DNA of 64,000 bases from Nitrosospira multiformis (lineage in GTDB: Bacteria; Pseudomonadota; Gammaproteobacteria; Burkholderiales; Nitrosomonadaceae): assembly GCA_017306155.1 (NCBI GenBank), contig JAFKJB010000016.1:17382-81381 (forward strand), written 5' to 3'. A program made the translations under genes and the position numbers. Each line of letters begins with the position of its first letter. The first letter of the stretch is position 1. Of this stretch, positions 39,311-50,250 are shown in pieces. The notes beneath the pieces were generated by a model. It had not been told where the DNA came from and searched no databases. It saw nothing but the letters and a program-made list of their open reading frames with translations.

Positions 39311-39588
39311 TTTGATGGCTATTAAAAACACGATAACCGATATCGGATATATGCTCCTGGAATTTGAATTGCAATGGAAGGAGTTGGTGTAACGGTATCT
39401 CCGAGCCTCGAAGCAGTTCGCCTTAATGCACTGATCGCTATCGCCTGCGATTAGATTTTTCTGCTTGAGAAGATCGACTATGTCTGCTTGAAGATAACTT
39501 GACAGAAACCTGATTCCTGGCTTGATTCACAGAGAAATTGTGTCGATCAATCGCACCATTCCCGTCACACGAGTAAACAAAATATAAA

Positions 39589-40497
39589 ATGGCCATAGCT
39601 TCTTTCGCCAACCAAGCCAATGTTCCCGATATTGTTCCATCACCGTCGTTTCAGATTGTTGAAGATTCATTAAAAAGATTTTCACTGCCATGTTTTCACG
39701 ATCCCGAACGAGTCGAGGAATATGTTGATTTATTTTCTCTGCGAACGTTGTGTAAAGCATTGGAAGCAGATCGAGCAGAGAGTAAAAACTCTGCGCTCGA
39801 AAAATCTGTCTCTCCGTTTGAGGAAGCGCCCTTTGAACCGAAGTATGATGATTTGTGCCGCCTTCACTGGATCGCGTTAAATCGTAAAGTCATCAACATT
39901 CTCGAGCTTGGCAGCGGTTATAGTACAGTGGTCCTTGCTGATGCGATGCGCATACTTAAAAAACACTTCGGTAACTGGGCCAGGAAATCCATACGTAGCG
40001 ACAATCCCTTTCATGTGTATGCCGTGGAAGAAGAGCAGCGTTTCCTGGAAATCACCAAATTAAGGCTCGGGTCAAAACTTAAAACGCTTGCCACTGTTTC
40101 GCGCAGCTCTGTCGATGTTCTGATTCACGACAATAGGATCGCAAGCGCATATTCAAAACTGCCCAACATATCCCCCGATTTTGTTTATCTCGATGGCCCT
40201 TCCCAGTTCGCTACTACGCAGGAAATAAACGGGTTCTCGTTTAATAGCAAAGCAAGAATGCCAATGTCCGCAGATATTCTGCGAATTGAGTTTTTTTTAG
40301 AACCGGGCACGCTTATTCTGATGGACGGCAGAACTGCTAACGCTCGTTTCTTGAAATCTTATCTACGTCGAAACTGGGCCTACCTGCATGACCCGATCGG
40401 AGATATTCATTGCTTTGAACTGCAGGAAGAACCGCTTGGACCTTTTAATAGGCTGAAGCTTGAATTCTGCCTAAATGGAAACTGGCTTATCAGCTAA
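39589..40497 (+). CDS. Class I SAM-methyltransferase-like protein
   Basis: ILELGSGYST, DFVYLDGP, PGTLILMDGR; AT-richer than flanks. Confidence 0.6.
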   Translation: MAIASFANQANVPDIVPSPSFQIVEDSLKRFSLPCFHDPERVEEYVDLFSLRTLCKALEADRAESKNSALEKSVSPFEEAPFEPKYDDLCRLHWIALNRKVINILELGSGYSTVVLADAMRILKKHFGNWARKSIRSDNPFHVYAVEEEQRFLEITKLRLGSKLKTLATVSRSSVDVLIHDNRIASAYSKLPNISPDFVYLDGPSQFATTQEINGFSFNSKARMPMSADILRIEFFLEPGTLILMDGRTANARFLKSYLRRNWAYLHDPIGDIHCFELQEEPLGPFNRLKLEFCLNGNWLIS

Positions 40498-40507
40498 ATC
40501 ATCCACT

Positions 40508-41908
40508 ATGAGAAATTCCGCTTCAACCCTCATTATCCCTGTCGAAAATCAGGTGCGCGAGCTGGACGGAAAGCTTCTGCTGTCCTGTGTAGCTGCAGAG
40601 CGCGGCTTTCCGGTGATTATTGGTTCACGTGCGTTCATTCATTTCGAGGCGGCGTCATTTCCACGGGGTGTGTACTTGGCGAAGAGCATGCGCAGTCTGA
40701 GCAATTCGATGTTCAGGATTCTGCGCATGCTGGGGCATGAGATTGTGGCATGGGAAGAAGAGGCGTTGGTTCATCCCCCGGCCGAAACCTATTTCAACCT
40801 GCGGCTGTCACCGACGACGATCAGTAATGTGTCCCACATATTCGCCTGGGGTTATGAGAACTTCGATTTGCTCCAGCAATATCCGCAACTGCCCAAAAAA
40901 CTATCTATTCACATTACTGGAAATCCACGCGGAGATATATTGCGGCCAGAAATGCGACCCTACTTCGACGCGGAGGTAGAAAAACTCCATAAACTTTATG
41001 GGGATTTCATTCTTGTTAATACCAATTTCACCGAGGTAAATCCCTTTATTCCCAGTATTGGCTTATTCGTTCCAACAAAAGACGGGCATAAGACGTCCCG
41101 ACGTGGTCAAGCCGGAATTGGAGTGAGCCGTGAATTTGCCGAAGGACTCTGGAATCATAAACAAGCAATACTGGAAGATTTCAAGCAGCTCATTCCGGCC
41201 CTCGAGCAGGCTTTCCCCCATCTGATGATCGTAGTCCGGCCGCATCCAAGTGAAAATTTCAAGGTGTACAACGATATTGCCGCAAGATGCAAGCGGGTCA
41301 AAGTCATTAATGAAGGCAACGTTATTCCCTGGCTTCTGGCTTCGAAGACAATGATACATAACGGGTGTACAACGGGCTTGGAGGCGTATGCGCTTGGGGT
41401 ACCGGCCATATCATATCTTTCCACATTCAATGAATTCTATGATTATGACTTCCAGGGCCTTCCCACCAAGCTAAGTTATCAGTCTTTCAATTTTGAAGAA
41501 TTACAGAACACTTTGACTGGAATTCTTGAGGGTAAGCTCGGTCCCCCCGGAGGTGAGGAACGCAAGACGCTCATCGATTACTATCTGGCGGCCCGGAATG
41601 AGCGTCTGGCTTGCGAGCGTATTGTCGATATCCTCGAGGATAGCGGCTATGCTGAAAACCAGCCACCCGCCACATCCGTGGGAACATATGCCCAAGGATG
41701 GGCGTTCGCGAAGTTAAAGGCTTCTATCACGAAACTGAACATGCGGCGTCCCGGCCCGAACAGGCTTTCATATCACGATCATCGTTTTCCCCAGCTCTCT
41801 GCCACGGAGATTGAGAAGAAAATTGCACAGTTTGGTCGCCTATTGAATCGTTTCGGCAATATTCGCGTTGAACAATACTCAAAACATCTATTCAGAATCC
41901 ATGGTTAG
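40508..41908 (+). CDS. Surface carbohydrate biosynthesis protein (GT-B-like)
   Basis: PVENQVRELDGKLLL, ITGNPRGDILR, VVRPHPSE, IHNGCTTGLEA; start at ATG 40508. Confidence 0.7.
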   Translation: MRNSASTLIIPVENQVRELDGKLLLSCVAAERGFPVIIGSRAFIHFEAASFPRGVYLAKSMRSLSNSMFRILRMLGHEIVAWEEEALVHPPAETYFNLRLSPTTISNVSHIFAWGYENFDLLQQYPQLPKKLSIHITGNPRGDILRPEMRPYFDAEVEKLHKLYGDFILVNTNFTEVNPFIPSIGLFVPTKDGHKTSRRGQAGIGVSREFAEGLWNHKQAILEDFKQLIPALEQAFPHLMIVVRPHPSENFKVYNDIAARCKRVKVINEGNVIPWLLASKTMIHNGCTTGLEAYALGVPAISYLSTFNEFYDYDFQGLPTKLSYQSFNFEELQNTLTGILEGKLGPPGGEERKTLIDYYLAARNERLACERIVDILEDSGYAENQPPATSVGTYAQGWAFAKLKASITKLNMRRPGPNRLSYHDHRFPQLSATEIEKKIAQFGRLLNRFGNIRVEQYSKHLFRIHG

Positions 41909-42050
41909 CGGCTCTCTAAAGCGTGCCCTTGGCATTCTTTTCAAAAAATTTTTCTAATCTCCATGAGGGTAGGAGCCCCAGCCAATGAGTGCGTGAACTT
42001 GATATTTATCGAGTTGAGCCAGGGATAAAATTATGTAGAATCCCATCCAT

Positions 42051-42106
42051 GGCAGTCGCTTCGATCTGACATCCAAAGAATTCAATTTCTATCGCTGTTC
42101 ATGCGG
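42051..42106 (+). pseudogene. 56-bp relic of the heavy-metal response regulator gene
   Basis: Manual alignment to 35686-35742: 47/57 identical with one gap. Confidence 0.75.
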
Positions 42107-42190
42107 GTGCACGGAACCCTGCTGAATTGAATTTATCCACGGATCAAAGAACGGGACTTCCGGATGAAGTCTGAGAGACTGCTGTTTTTC

Positions 42191-43726
42191 CTATGCAGCG
42201 CGCCGGGAGAAATCCTTGAGGCGAAAACCGAGCAGCCATAAGGTGACAAAGTAGCTTGCCGCACCGATTGTCACGACTCCTGCCAGGCGTATCCCTCGCA
42301 CTGCCGCCGTATCCGTCAGCCACGAAACATCAGTGCCCGAAGCAAACCATAATATAGTCCCCATCATCGCCAGGGCCACCGATATCTTGGTCATAAAAAT
42401 GCCCCATCCCGGTTGAGGCCGGTAAATCTGGTGGCGCCGTAATTTGTAATAGAGCATGCCCGCATTGATACAGGCGCCCAGTCCAATGGCAAGCGCCAAC
42501 CCGGCGTGTTGCAGCGGTATGATAAAGGCGAGGTTCATCAACTGGGTTGCGATAAGTGTGATAAGGGCTATTTTTACCGGTGTCTTGATGTTTTGCCTTG
42601 CGTAGAAACCAGGTGCCAGCACTTTCACCAGAATCAGCCCCAGCAGGCCCACGCTGTATGCCATGAGGGCATTGCGTGTCATCCAGACATCGTTGGCCGA
42701 GAATTCGCCGTGATGAAACAGTGTCGTGATAAGCGGTGTGGCAAGCAGCGCCAGCGCCAGCGCTGCGGGCAGTGTCAGCAGCATGGTCAGGCGCAGACCC
42801 CAGTCAAGCAGTCGGGAATATTCATCCGTGCTGTTGTCGGCATAGTGTCGCGACAAGGACGGCAGCAGGACCGTCCCGAGTGCCACACCCAGCAGGCCGG
42901 CGGGAAACTCCATTAACCGATCCGCATAATAGAGCCAGGAAACGCTGCCTGTGACAAGAAAGGAAGCAAATATCGTATTGATCAACAGGCTGATCTGCCC
43001 GATGGACATGCCGAAAACTGCTGGTACCATTTGCTTGAGAACGCGCGACGCGCCATTGTCGGGGGATTTCAGGCGTGGGCGCGGCATCAATTTGAGGCGC
43101 ATGAGGAACGGTATCTGGAAGGCAAGCTGGAGTACGCCGCCGATGAATACCGCCCACGCCAGCGCCAGTACTGGGGGGTCCATGAGTGGCGCCAGCCATA
43201 GCGAACAGCCGATAAACGACAGGTTGAGCAGGGCCGGGGTCAGCGCAGGTACCGAAAATCTGCTCCAGGTGTTGAGTATGCCGCCAGCCAGCGACACGAG
43301 CGAGATGAACAGGATATAGGGAAACGTGATCCGCAGCAGTTCCACCGTAAGCTCGAATTTCTCGGGACTTGCCGTGAATCCTGGTGCACTTACATAGATG
43401 ACCAGCGGCGCCGCAATAACGCCTGCCAGCGTGACCCCGAATAGCGCAATGAACAGCAGTGTTGCGACGTGACTTATCAGTTCGCGCGTATCTTCGGCGG
43501 CGCGGCGATTCTTGTATTCGGCAAGTATGGGTACGAAGGCTTGCGAAAACGCTCCCTCGGCGAACAGACGGCGCAACAGGTTGGGGATGCGGAATGCCAC
43601 AAAAAAAGCGTCGGTTTCGACGCCCGCGCCAAAAATACGGGCAATGATGGCATCCCGCACAAATCCCAGAATGCGGGATATGAACGTCATCCCGCTGACG
43701 GTGACAAGGGCTTTGAGCAGATTCAT
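42191..43726 (-). CDS. murJ: Lipid II flippase MurJ
   Basis: SRILGFVRD, FRIPNLLRRLFAEGAFSQAFVP, YYADRLMEFP; start at ATG 43726. Confidence 0.97.
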   Translation of the reverse strand: MNLLKALVTVSGMTFISRILGFVRDAIIARIFGAGVETDAFFVAFRIPNLLRRLFAEGAFSQAFVPILAEYKNRRAAEDTRELISHVATLLFIALFGVTLAGVIAAPLVIYVSAPGFTASPEKFELTVELLRITFPYILFISLVSLAGGILNTWSRFSVPALTPALLNLSFIGCSLWLAPLMDPPVLALAWAVFIGGVLQLAFQIPFLMRLKLMPRPRLKSPDNGASRVLKQMVPAVFGMSIGQISLLINTIFASFLVTGSVSWLYYADRLMEFPAGLLGVALGTVLLPSLSRHYADNSTDEYSRLLDWGLRLTMLLTLPAALALALLATPLITTLFHHGEFSANDVWMTRNALMAYSVGLLGLILVKVLAPGFYARQNIKTPVKIALITLIATQLMNLAFIIPLQHAGLALAIGLGACINAGMLYYKLRRHQIYRPQPGWGIFMTKISVALAMMGTILWFASGTDVSWLTDTAAVRGIRLAGVVTIGAASYFVTLWLLGFRLKDFSRRAA

Positions 43727-43912
43727 GGATGCGTATGTTAACTGAATATTTGAGGTTTGGGGTTGCTCCACCATTATTGACCCGGCCAGAGAATATTATC
43801 AATTCCGTCATTCGGGGACTGATCCGGAATCCAGAAAATCGGCTTGCTGAAGGAATCAAATCGGTACAAGCGCCGCGATGGTTGGCAACAACAGATAGAA
43901 TTGTCAGTTTTC

Positions 43913-43941
43913 TTGCAATCGGGCGCAAACACCCGTATCAT
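43913..43941 (+). promoter_or_regulatory. Sigma-70 promoter of rpsT
   Basis: TTGCAA-N17-TATCAT. Confidence 0.5.
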
Positions 43942-43979
43942 TCGAAAATTTTCCGTAAAGGGTAATCCGAGGAATTTTC

Positions 43980-44243
43980 ATGGCCAACAGCGCACAAGCA
44001 AGAAAACGTGCTAGACAGAATATCAGTCATCGTAACCGCAACATGAGTCTGCGCTCGGAGTTGCGCACAGCGATCAAGCATGTGAGAAAGGCGATCGGAT
44101 CGGCCGACAAAAATACTGCCCAGGCTGCCTATCAGGCGTCTGTCGGTACCATAGATTCGATTGCGGACAAGGGAATCATTCACAAGAACAAGGCATCCCG
44201 TCATAAAAGCCGTCTCTCGGCAGCCATCAAGGCAATGGCCTGA
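43980..44243 (+). CDS. rpsT: 30S ribosomal protein S20
   Basis: [13 protein letters not shown]...[16 protein letters not shown]. Confidence 0.98.
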   Translation: MANSAQARKRARQNISHRNRNMSLRSELRTAIKHVRKAIGSADKNTAQAAYQASVGTIDSIADKGIIHKNKASRHKSRLSAAIKAMA

Positions 44244-44255
44244 TCGCTCAAGCCT

Positions 44256-44294
44256 CAGCAAAAAAGCCCGGGAAGCACCCGGGCTTTTTTGCTG
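44256..44294. terminator. Bidirectional rho-independent terminator
   Basis: CAGCAAAAAAGCCCGGG-AAGCA-CCCGGGCTTTTTTGCTG. Confidence 0.92.
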
Positions 44295-44423
44295 GCGCTC
44301 CTTTTGTCAATGGTTTGGCACAAACCATGATCCATGACACGGGTACGCAAAAGTCTCCGGCTTGAGCAGGAAAGGTTCGGTTTCAGCCGGGGGAGTCCGC
44401 ATCGGCGTAGGTATTAGCGGCGC

Positions 44424-45248
44424 TTACGCAGACTCAGCGGAATCATGCATCAGGGCATCTTCTGGTCCTTCTGTATCAGAAGCTTTTGCCTTCCGGTTCC
44501 CGGTCGCCTCTGCCAGCGTCGATACCAGGTCCATCGGCACTGGAAAAATAACGGTATTGGATTTATCGCCCGCAATTGTCGTAAGAGTCTGGAGATAGCG
44601 CAATTGCATGGCGCCGGCCTGTCGCGAAAGCGTTTTTGCCGCCTGCATCAGTTGCTCGGATGCCTGCAGTTCGCCCTCTGCGTGAATCACCTTGGCACGG
44701 CGCTCGCGTTCCGCCTCCGCCTGCCGGGCAATGGCCCGTATCATGGATTCATCGATGTCCACATGCTTGATCTCGACATTCGAGACCTTGATGCCCCAGG
44801 CGTCGGTTTGAATGTCCAGCACCTTCTGGATATCCATGTTGAGTTTCTCGCGTTCAGCCAGCATCTCATCGAGTTCGTGCTTGCCCAATACCGATCGCAA
44901 CGTGGTTTGCGCGAACTGGCCGGTGGCGGCAAGAAAGTTCTCCACCTGGATGATGGATTTTTGCGGATCCACTACCCGAAAATACACCACCGCACTGACT
45001 TTCACCGAAACGTTGTCGCGTGAAATGACATCCTGGCTCGGTACGTCCATCACTATGGTACGCAGGTCAACTTTGACCATTTTCTGGATACCGGGAATGA
45101 TGATGATCAGGCCCGGGCCTTTTACCTTGTAGAAGCGCCCGAGCAGGAACACGACACCGCGTTCATATTCTCGCAAAATCCGGAATATCGAGAATAGCGC
45201 GAGGATAAGAATGAGGGCGAATGTACCGAATACCGAATTGGCGAGCAT
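44424..45248 (-). CDS. SPFH/stomatin (slipin) family protein
   Basis: [48 protein letters not shown]. Confidence 0.93.
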   Translation of the reverse strand: MLANSVFGTFALILILALFSIFRILREYERGVVFLLGRFYKVKGPGLIIIIPGIQKMVKVDLRTIVMDVPSQDVISRDNVSVKVSAVVYFRVVDPQKSIIQVENFLAATGQFAQTTLRSVLGKHELDEMLAEREKLNMDIQKVLDIQTDAWGIKVSNVEIKHVDIDESMIRAIARQAEAERERRAKVIHAEGELQASEQLMQAAKTLSRQAGAMQLRYLQTLTTIAGDKSNTVIFPVPMDLVSTLAEATGNRKAKASDTEGPEDALMHDSAESA

Positions 45249-45261
45249 GAGTGTCTCCTGG

Positions 45262-46632
45262 TTATTTTTCTGCTGCGATTACGTGCAGGACGAGGCCGTC
45301 GATTCCTGTCACGCGCACCTTCTGGCCCCGAACCAGCGGTTGGGCGGAATGCACGGTCCACAACTCGCCGTGAATACGCGCCATGCCCTCGCGGGAACTG
45401 TCTTCCAGCATTTCTCCCACTGCGCCGACCATATGCTCCTGACCAATCACCGGCGGTTTCTGGCGGGACTTGAGTGCCATGCCGATTACGGAAACCAGGA
45501 AGAGGGCGCTGGCCAAGGCTACTCCTCCGACCAGGGGCCAGGGGATACCGAAACTGGGTGCATCGCTGTCAATCAGCATCAGCGAGCCCACGACGAAAGC
45601 GATAATCCCGCCGATACCGAGAGCGCCGAAGCTGGGCAGGAACATTTCGGCCACCATGAATCCAATACCGAGCAGGATCAAGGCAAGTCCGGCATAACTC
45701 ACCGGCAGTAACTGAAAGGCATACATGGCGATAAGCAGACAGATGGCGCCTGCTACACCGGGCAGCACAAAACCAGGGTTGGCAAACTCGAAGAACAGTC
45801 CGTAGATGCCGATAAGCATCAGGACATAGGCGATGCTTGGATTGGTAATGATAGCGAGCAACTGCGCGCGCCAGTCGGGTTCCACGATTTCCACGGTGGT
45901 GCCGCTGGTATCGAGCGTACGGTCCTGGCCGAGTACGTTCACTTGCCTGCCATCGAGCTGCTTCAACAGATCCACGGTGTCGGCAGCGACATAATCGATG
46001 ACTTTGAGGTTCAGCGCCTCGGAGGCGGACAGGCTGACTGCTTCGCGGACGGCTCTTTCCGCCCATTCCACATTACGCCCGCGCATCTGCGCGAGGCCGC
46101 GTATGTATGCCGCAGCGTCATGAACCATTTTGCGGGACATTTCATCCTTTATGGGAAGCTTGTCCTCTTTCTCCGGATTTCGTTCGCGGTTCCCGCCTGC
46201 TTTCGGTCTGGCCCTGGGTTCAGGCTCTGATCCTGGCAAGCCGCCCATTTGTATGGGCGTTGCGGCACCCAGATTGGTGCCCGGTGCCATCGCGGCGATA
46301 TGGCTTGCATAAAGGATATAGGTGCCGGCACTGGCTGCCCGAGCCCCACCCGGTGCCACAAAGGTTGCCACGGGCACGGGTGAAGCCAGGATGCCGCGTA
46401 TGATCTGGCGCATGGAAGTGTCGAGCCCTCCCGGCGTGTCCAGTTGCAACACCACAAGCAGCGCGTTCTCGTTCGCTGCATGTTCCAGCCCTCGCTGGAT
46501 GAAATCGGCGCTGACCGGAGCAATGGGGCCATCGGCTTTCAACACCACGACAGAGGAGGCTCGAACAATTGACGGCAGCAGAAGCGACATCGCCAGGATA
46601 CCGGCAGAAAAAGTTCGAATGAGCAGTTTCAT
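45262..46632 (-). CDS. nfeD: Long-form NfeD (ClpP-class serine protease + TM + OB domain)
   Basis: [34 protein letters not shown]. Confidence 0.92.
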   Translation of the reverse strand: MKLLIRTFSAGILAMSLLLPSIVRASSVVVLKADGPIAPVSADFIQRGLEHAANENALLVVLQLDTPGGLDTSMRQIIRGILASPVPVATFVAPGGARAASAGTYILYASHIAAMAPGTNLGAATPIQMGGLPGSEPEPRARPKAGGNRERNPEKEDKLPIKDEMSRKMVHDAAAYIRGLAQMRGRNVEWAERAVREAVSLSASEALNLKVIDYVAADTVDLLKQLDGRQVNVLGQDRTLDTSGTTVEIVEPDWRAQLLAIITNPSIAYVLMLIGIYGLFFEFANPGFVLPGVAGAICLLIAMYAFQLLPVSYAGLALILLGIGFMVAEMFLPSFGALGIGGIIAFVVGSLMLIDSDAPSFGIPWPLVGGVALASALFLVSVIGMALKSRQKPPVIGQEHMVGAVGEMLEDSSREGMARIHGELWTVHSAQPLVRGQKVRVTGIDGLVLHVIAAEK

Positions 46633-46692
46633 TTTTATTCAACCTGGAAACCGTAGCTGGACGAGATGGAGCGTGCGATGATCCAGGGGCGA

Positions 46693-46744
46693 GGCAAGGC
46701 GCGATAAGGCCGCAGGGGCTGCTCCCTGCAACGAAGAGCAACGC
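46693..46744. repeat. Possible REP-like element with central hairpin
   Basis: GGCAAGGCGCGA...GCAGGG-GCTGCT-CCCTGC...GAGCAACGC; recognised by resemblance only. Confidence 0.3.
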
Positions 46745-46997
46745 CACCCCGCACCTGGAGCGACATACGATATACCTTGTGGCGGCCTTACCATTCCGGT
46801 GGATGAAAAAATTCTGAAAATGCCTCCATATGCCATGCTTAGCTCTCTAATTAAGCGGGTCAACTGCGGTTTCCGGGTTCAATATAGACCGTTTCATCCG
46901 TTACAAATTCGCCAAAAAACTTGACAGGCGCTTGCAATGCCCTTTGTTTTGGCGCATAAAGCGACTTCCATATTAAAAGCATTTATTTCATTATTTC

Positions 46998-48977
46998 ATG
47001 AAGAGACCGGTAAGCAGAATTCTCGTTATCAATGATGAAAAACTGATACTCAGGGAACTGATAAAAGGGTTGAACGCCGCGGCCAGGTCCCTTGAAAACC
47101 CTCTGGGCATTACGTTTTCAGGCGTCACTACTGCACGCGAGGCGCTTCAGGCCATCCAGGACGATGGCGACATTCAGTCCGTGCTGGTGGACGATACACT
47201 CTATACGCTGAAAAATGGCGAGAAGGGTTCCCGCATCCTGCAGATGACCGCGCTGAAACTGGTACAGGAAATAACCCGCTTCCGTCCTGAACTGGATATC
47301 TACATCCTGATCGCCCAGGAAAAAGAGGATGAGGTGGTGGATGCGCTGTTTTCTGAAACCGTGGATGGTTATTTCTATCGTGAAGAGCGCGATTACCGGG
47401 GCATGTACCGGATTTTGAACGCGCAACTTCAGGAAAAAGCGCACACGCCTTTTTACGATCAGCTCAAAAATTATGTATTGATGGCAAAGGATGCCTGGCA
47501 CACGCCGGGACATTCTTCAGGGGATTCGTTGCGGGACAGCCCCTGGGCCAGCGATTTCTATCAGTTTATCGGTGAGCATATTTTTCGGGCAGATCTGTCG
47601 GTGTCGGTGCCTATGCTCGATTCGCTCATGGAGCCTTCCGGCGTCATTGCCGAAGCGCAGAAGATTGCGGCAAAGGCGTTTGGCGCACGTCGTACTTTTT
47701 TTGCTACAAACGGCACCTCCACCGCCAACAAGGTGATATTCCAGACGCTGCTCGCCCCCGGCGAAAAGCTGCTTCTGGATCGGAACTGTCATAAATCGGT
47801 TCATCACGGGGTCGTCTTATCCGGCGCCCATCCAATCTATCTTGACTCCTCGGTAAACAAGAAGTTCGGTGTTTATGGACCTGTGCCCAAGCAGACGCTG
47901 TTTCGGGCAATCGAAGAACATCCCGATGCTCAGGCACTCATACTCACGAGTTGCACCTACGATGGATTCCGCTATGACCTGCCTCCGATCATCGAGGCTG
48001 CGCATGCCAAAGGCATCAAAGTGATCATCGATGAAGCCTGGTACGGCTTCGCCCGCTTTCATCCGGCTTTCCGCCCCACTGCCCTGGAGGCAGGCGCTGA
48101 TTATGCTACTCAAAGTACACACAAGGTGCTGTCGGCTTTTTCCCAGTCCAGCATGATTCATATCAATGATCCCGAATTCAACGAGCATCTGTTTCGGGAA
48201 AATTTCAACATGCATACCTCCACCAGCCCGCAGTACAGCATGATTGCCAGCCTCGACGTGGCGCGCAAACAGGTGGTGATGGAGGGATACAAGCTGCTGT
48301 CGCGCACGCTGGAACTGGCGAAGGAAGTGCGCGAGCAAATCAATTCAACCGGCGTGTTTCGCGTACTGGAACTGGCGGATCTGCTGCCTGACGAGGTGAA
48401 GAACGACAATATCCAGCTCGATTCGACCAAGGTGACGGTTGATATCTCCCGCTGCGGTTTTACCGTGGAAGATCTGATCCGGGAACTGTTCGAGCGGTAT
48501 AACATTCAGGTGGAAAAATCCACTTTCAATACGCTCACTCTGCTGCTGACCATTGGTACCACGCGCAGCAAGGTGTCGCGCCTTTACGATGCTCTCATGC
48601 GCATTGCACGCGAAGGCAGAGCCCCGCGGAGACTCTACCAGATTCCGGAGCTTCCGGGGTTTACCGAATTGAAGTATCTGCCGCGGGATGCCTTTTACTG
48701 CGGTGGCGAGATCGTCCCGTTGCTCGATGAGCAGGAACGGGTAAACGATAGCCTGAAGGGGAAGGTCTGTGCGGACCAGATCACGCCTTACCCGCCGGGT
48801 ATTCCCGTGCTGGTGCCAGGCCAGACCATCACGCCCGAGGTGGTGCAATATCTGATCGGCATGCTCCGGTCGCAGAAACGGGTGGAAGTGCACGGGATCG
48901 TTTATGACGGCTATCTGCCGTGTTTGAGATTGCTGAACGATATCGAGGAAAAGAGCTTGAAAAAGCTTGCGAAATAG
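46998..48977 (+). CDS. Orn/Lys/Arg decarboxylase (fold-type I PLP, receiver-like wing)
   Basis: WHTPGH, FATNGTSTANK, DRNCHKS, DEAWY, STHK, STSPQY, TPYPPGIP. Confidence 0.92.
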   Translation: MKRPVSRILVINDEKLILRELIKGLNAAARSLENPLGITFSGVTTAREALQAIQDDGDIQSVLVDDTLYTLKNGEKGSRILQMTALKLVQEITRFRPELDIYILIAQEKEDEVVDALFSETVDGYFYREERDYRGMYRILNAQLQEKAHTPFYDQLKNYVLMAKDAWHTPGHSSGDSLRDSPWASDFYQFIGEHIFRADLSVSVPMLDSLMEPSGVIAEAQKIAAKAFGARRTFFATNGTSTANKVIFQTLLAPGEKLLLDRNCHKSVHHGVVLSGAHPIYLDSSVNKKFGVYGPVPKQTLFRAIEEHPDAQALILTSCTYDGFRYDLPPIIEAAHAKGIKVIIDEAWYGFARFHPAFRPTALEAGADYATQSTHKVLSAFSQSSMIHINDPEFNEHLFRENFNMHTSTSPQYSMIASLDVARKQVVMEGYKLLSRTLELAKEVREQINSTGVFRVLELADLLPDEVKNDNIQLDSTKVTVDISRCGFTVEDLIRELFERYNIQVEKSTFNTLTLLLTIGTTRSKVSRLYDALMRIAREGRAPRRLYQIPELPGFTELKYLPRDAFYCGGEIVPLLDEQERVNDSLKGKVCADQITPYPPGIPVLVPGQTITPEVVQYLIGMLRSQKRVEVHGIVYDGYLPCLRLLNDIEEKSLKKLAK

Positions 48978-49028
48978 GTAAAACTAAAGAATTCCACAGA
49001 ATAAACCACAATAAATTCCACCACGTCG

Positions 49029-49050
49029 CACGGCGGCTCATGCCGCCGTG
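49029..49050. terminator. GC hairpin between decarboxylase and argD
   Basis: CACGGCGGC-TCAT-GCCGCCGTG; weak U tract. Confidence 0.35.
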
Positions 49051-49077
49051 TTGCATTCTGATCTGGCAAATTTACCT

Positions 49078-50250
49078 ATGTCGAATTTGATGAATACCTA
49101 CCTGCGTCTGCCCGTTACATTTGCGAGGGGGAAAGGGGTGTGGTTATGGGACGAGGAGGGCAAGCGCTATCTCGATGCGCTTGCAGGAGTAGCGGTATGC
49201 GGGCTGGGGCATTGCCATCCCGTGCTGGCAAAGGCGCTGTGCGAACAGGCAAATACCCTTATTCATACTTCCAATCTTTACCACATCAGGAAGCAGGAAC
49301 AACTGGCAACGAGATTGACTGCCCTCTCGGGCATGGAGAATGCATTTTTCTGCAATTCAGGGGCTGAGGCCAATGAGGCAGCGATCAAGCTCGCAAGGTT
49401 ATATGGACATGGGAAGAATATCGATTTGCCGACTATTATCGTCATGGAAAAATCCTTCCATGGACGTACCATGGCGACCCTGACTGCAAGTGGCAACCGC
49501 AAGGTGCAGGCTGGCTTCGAGCCGCTCCTCACCGGTTTTGCACGGGTTCCCTATAATGATCTCGAGGCAGTGGCGCAGGTTGCGGAACACAACAAGAACG
49601 TCGTCGCCATCCTGGTTGAACCTTACCAGGGGGAGGGGGGGGTCAACGTGCCGCAGGCAAGTTACCTGCAAGGTCTTCGCCACCTCTGTGACCAGAACGG
49701 CTGGCTGCTGATGCTGGATGAAGTGCAATGTGGAATTGGCCGAACAGGCAACTGGTTCGCTTTTCAATACAGCGGCATTACACCGGATGTCATCACGCTC
49801 GCCAAGGGTCTGGGATCGGGCATGCCCATTGGTGCCTGTCTGGCGAAAGGTATTGCGGCAAATGTCTTCAAGCCAGGCAATCATGCCTCCACTTTCGGTG
49901 GAAACCCGCTCGCCTGCAGTGCTGCGCTCGCCACGCTCGAAGTAATCGAGGAAGAAGACCTGCTGCGCAATGCAATGGAAGTGGGCGATTTCATGCGCAG
50001 CCTCTTCAAGGCGCAGTTGGGGGATTTGCCGGATGTAACTGAAATTCGCGGCCAGGGCCTCATGATAGGCATTGAGCTTTCGAAGCCGTGCGGTGAACTG
50101 GTAAAGGAAGCTTTGAAAAAAGGCCTTCTCATCAACGTAACCTCCGACAAGGTAGTGCGTCTGCTACCGCCGCTCGTGATTCAACGAAGCGAGGCTGAAC
50201 AGGTAGTCGACACTTTATCTCCCATTGTGAAGGAATTTCTGGCAGCCTGA
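49078..50250 (+). CDS. argD: Acetylornithine aminotransferase
   Basis: NSGAEANEAAIK, SFHGRT, DEVQCGIGRTG, LAKGLG, STFGGNPLA. Confidence 0.95.
   Translation: MSNLMNTYLRLPVTFARGKGVWLWDEEGKRYLDALAGVAVCGLGHCHPVLAKALCEQANTLIHTSNLYHIRKQEQLATRLTALSGMENAFFCNSGAEANEAAIKLARLYGHGKNIDLPTIIVMEKSFHGRTMATLTASGNRKVQAGFEPLLTGFARVPYNDLEAVAQVAEHNKNVVAILVEPYQGEGGVNVPQASYLQGLRHLCDQNGWLLMLDEVQCGIGRTGNWFAFQYSGITPDVITLAKGLGSGMPIGACLAKGIAANVFKPGNHASTFGGNPLACSAALATLEVIEEEDLLRNAMEVGDFMRSLFKAQLGDLPDVTEIRGQGLMIGIELSKPCGELVKEALKKGLLINVTSDKVVRLLPPLVIQRSEAEQVVDTLSPIVKEFLAA

Noticed and set aside
39315-39392. 25-codon ORF after promoter copy 2
   Set aside because: Its ATG lies at or before the predicted transcription start and has no SD.
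42822-43928. 368-aa ORF opposite murJ
   Set aside because: Antisense shadow with Arg/Pro-rich junk composition.
46921-46926. Perfect TTGACA upstream of the decarboxylase
   Set aside because: No -10 at 16-18 nt spacing.
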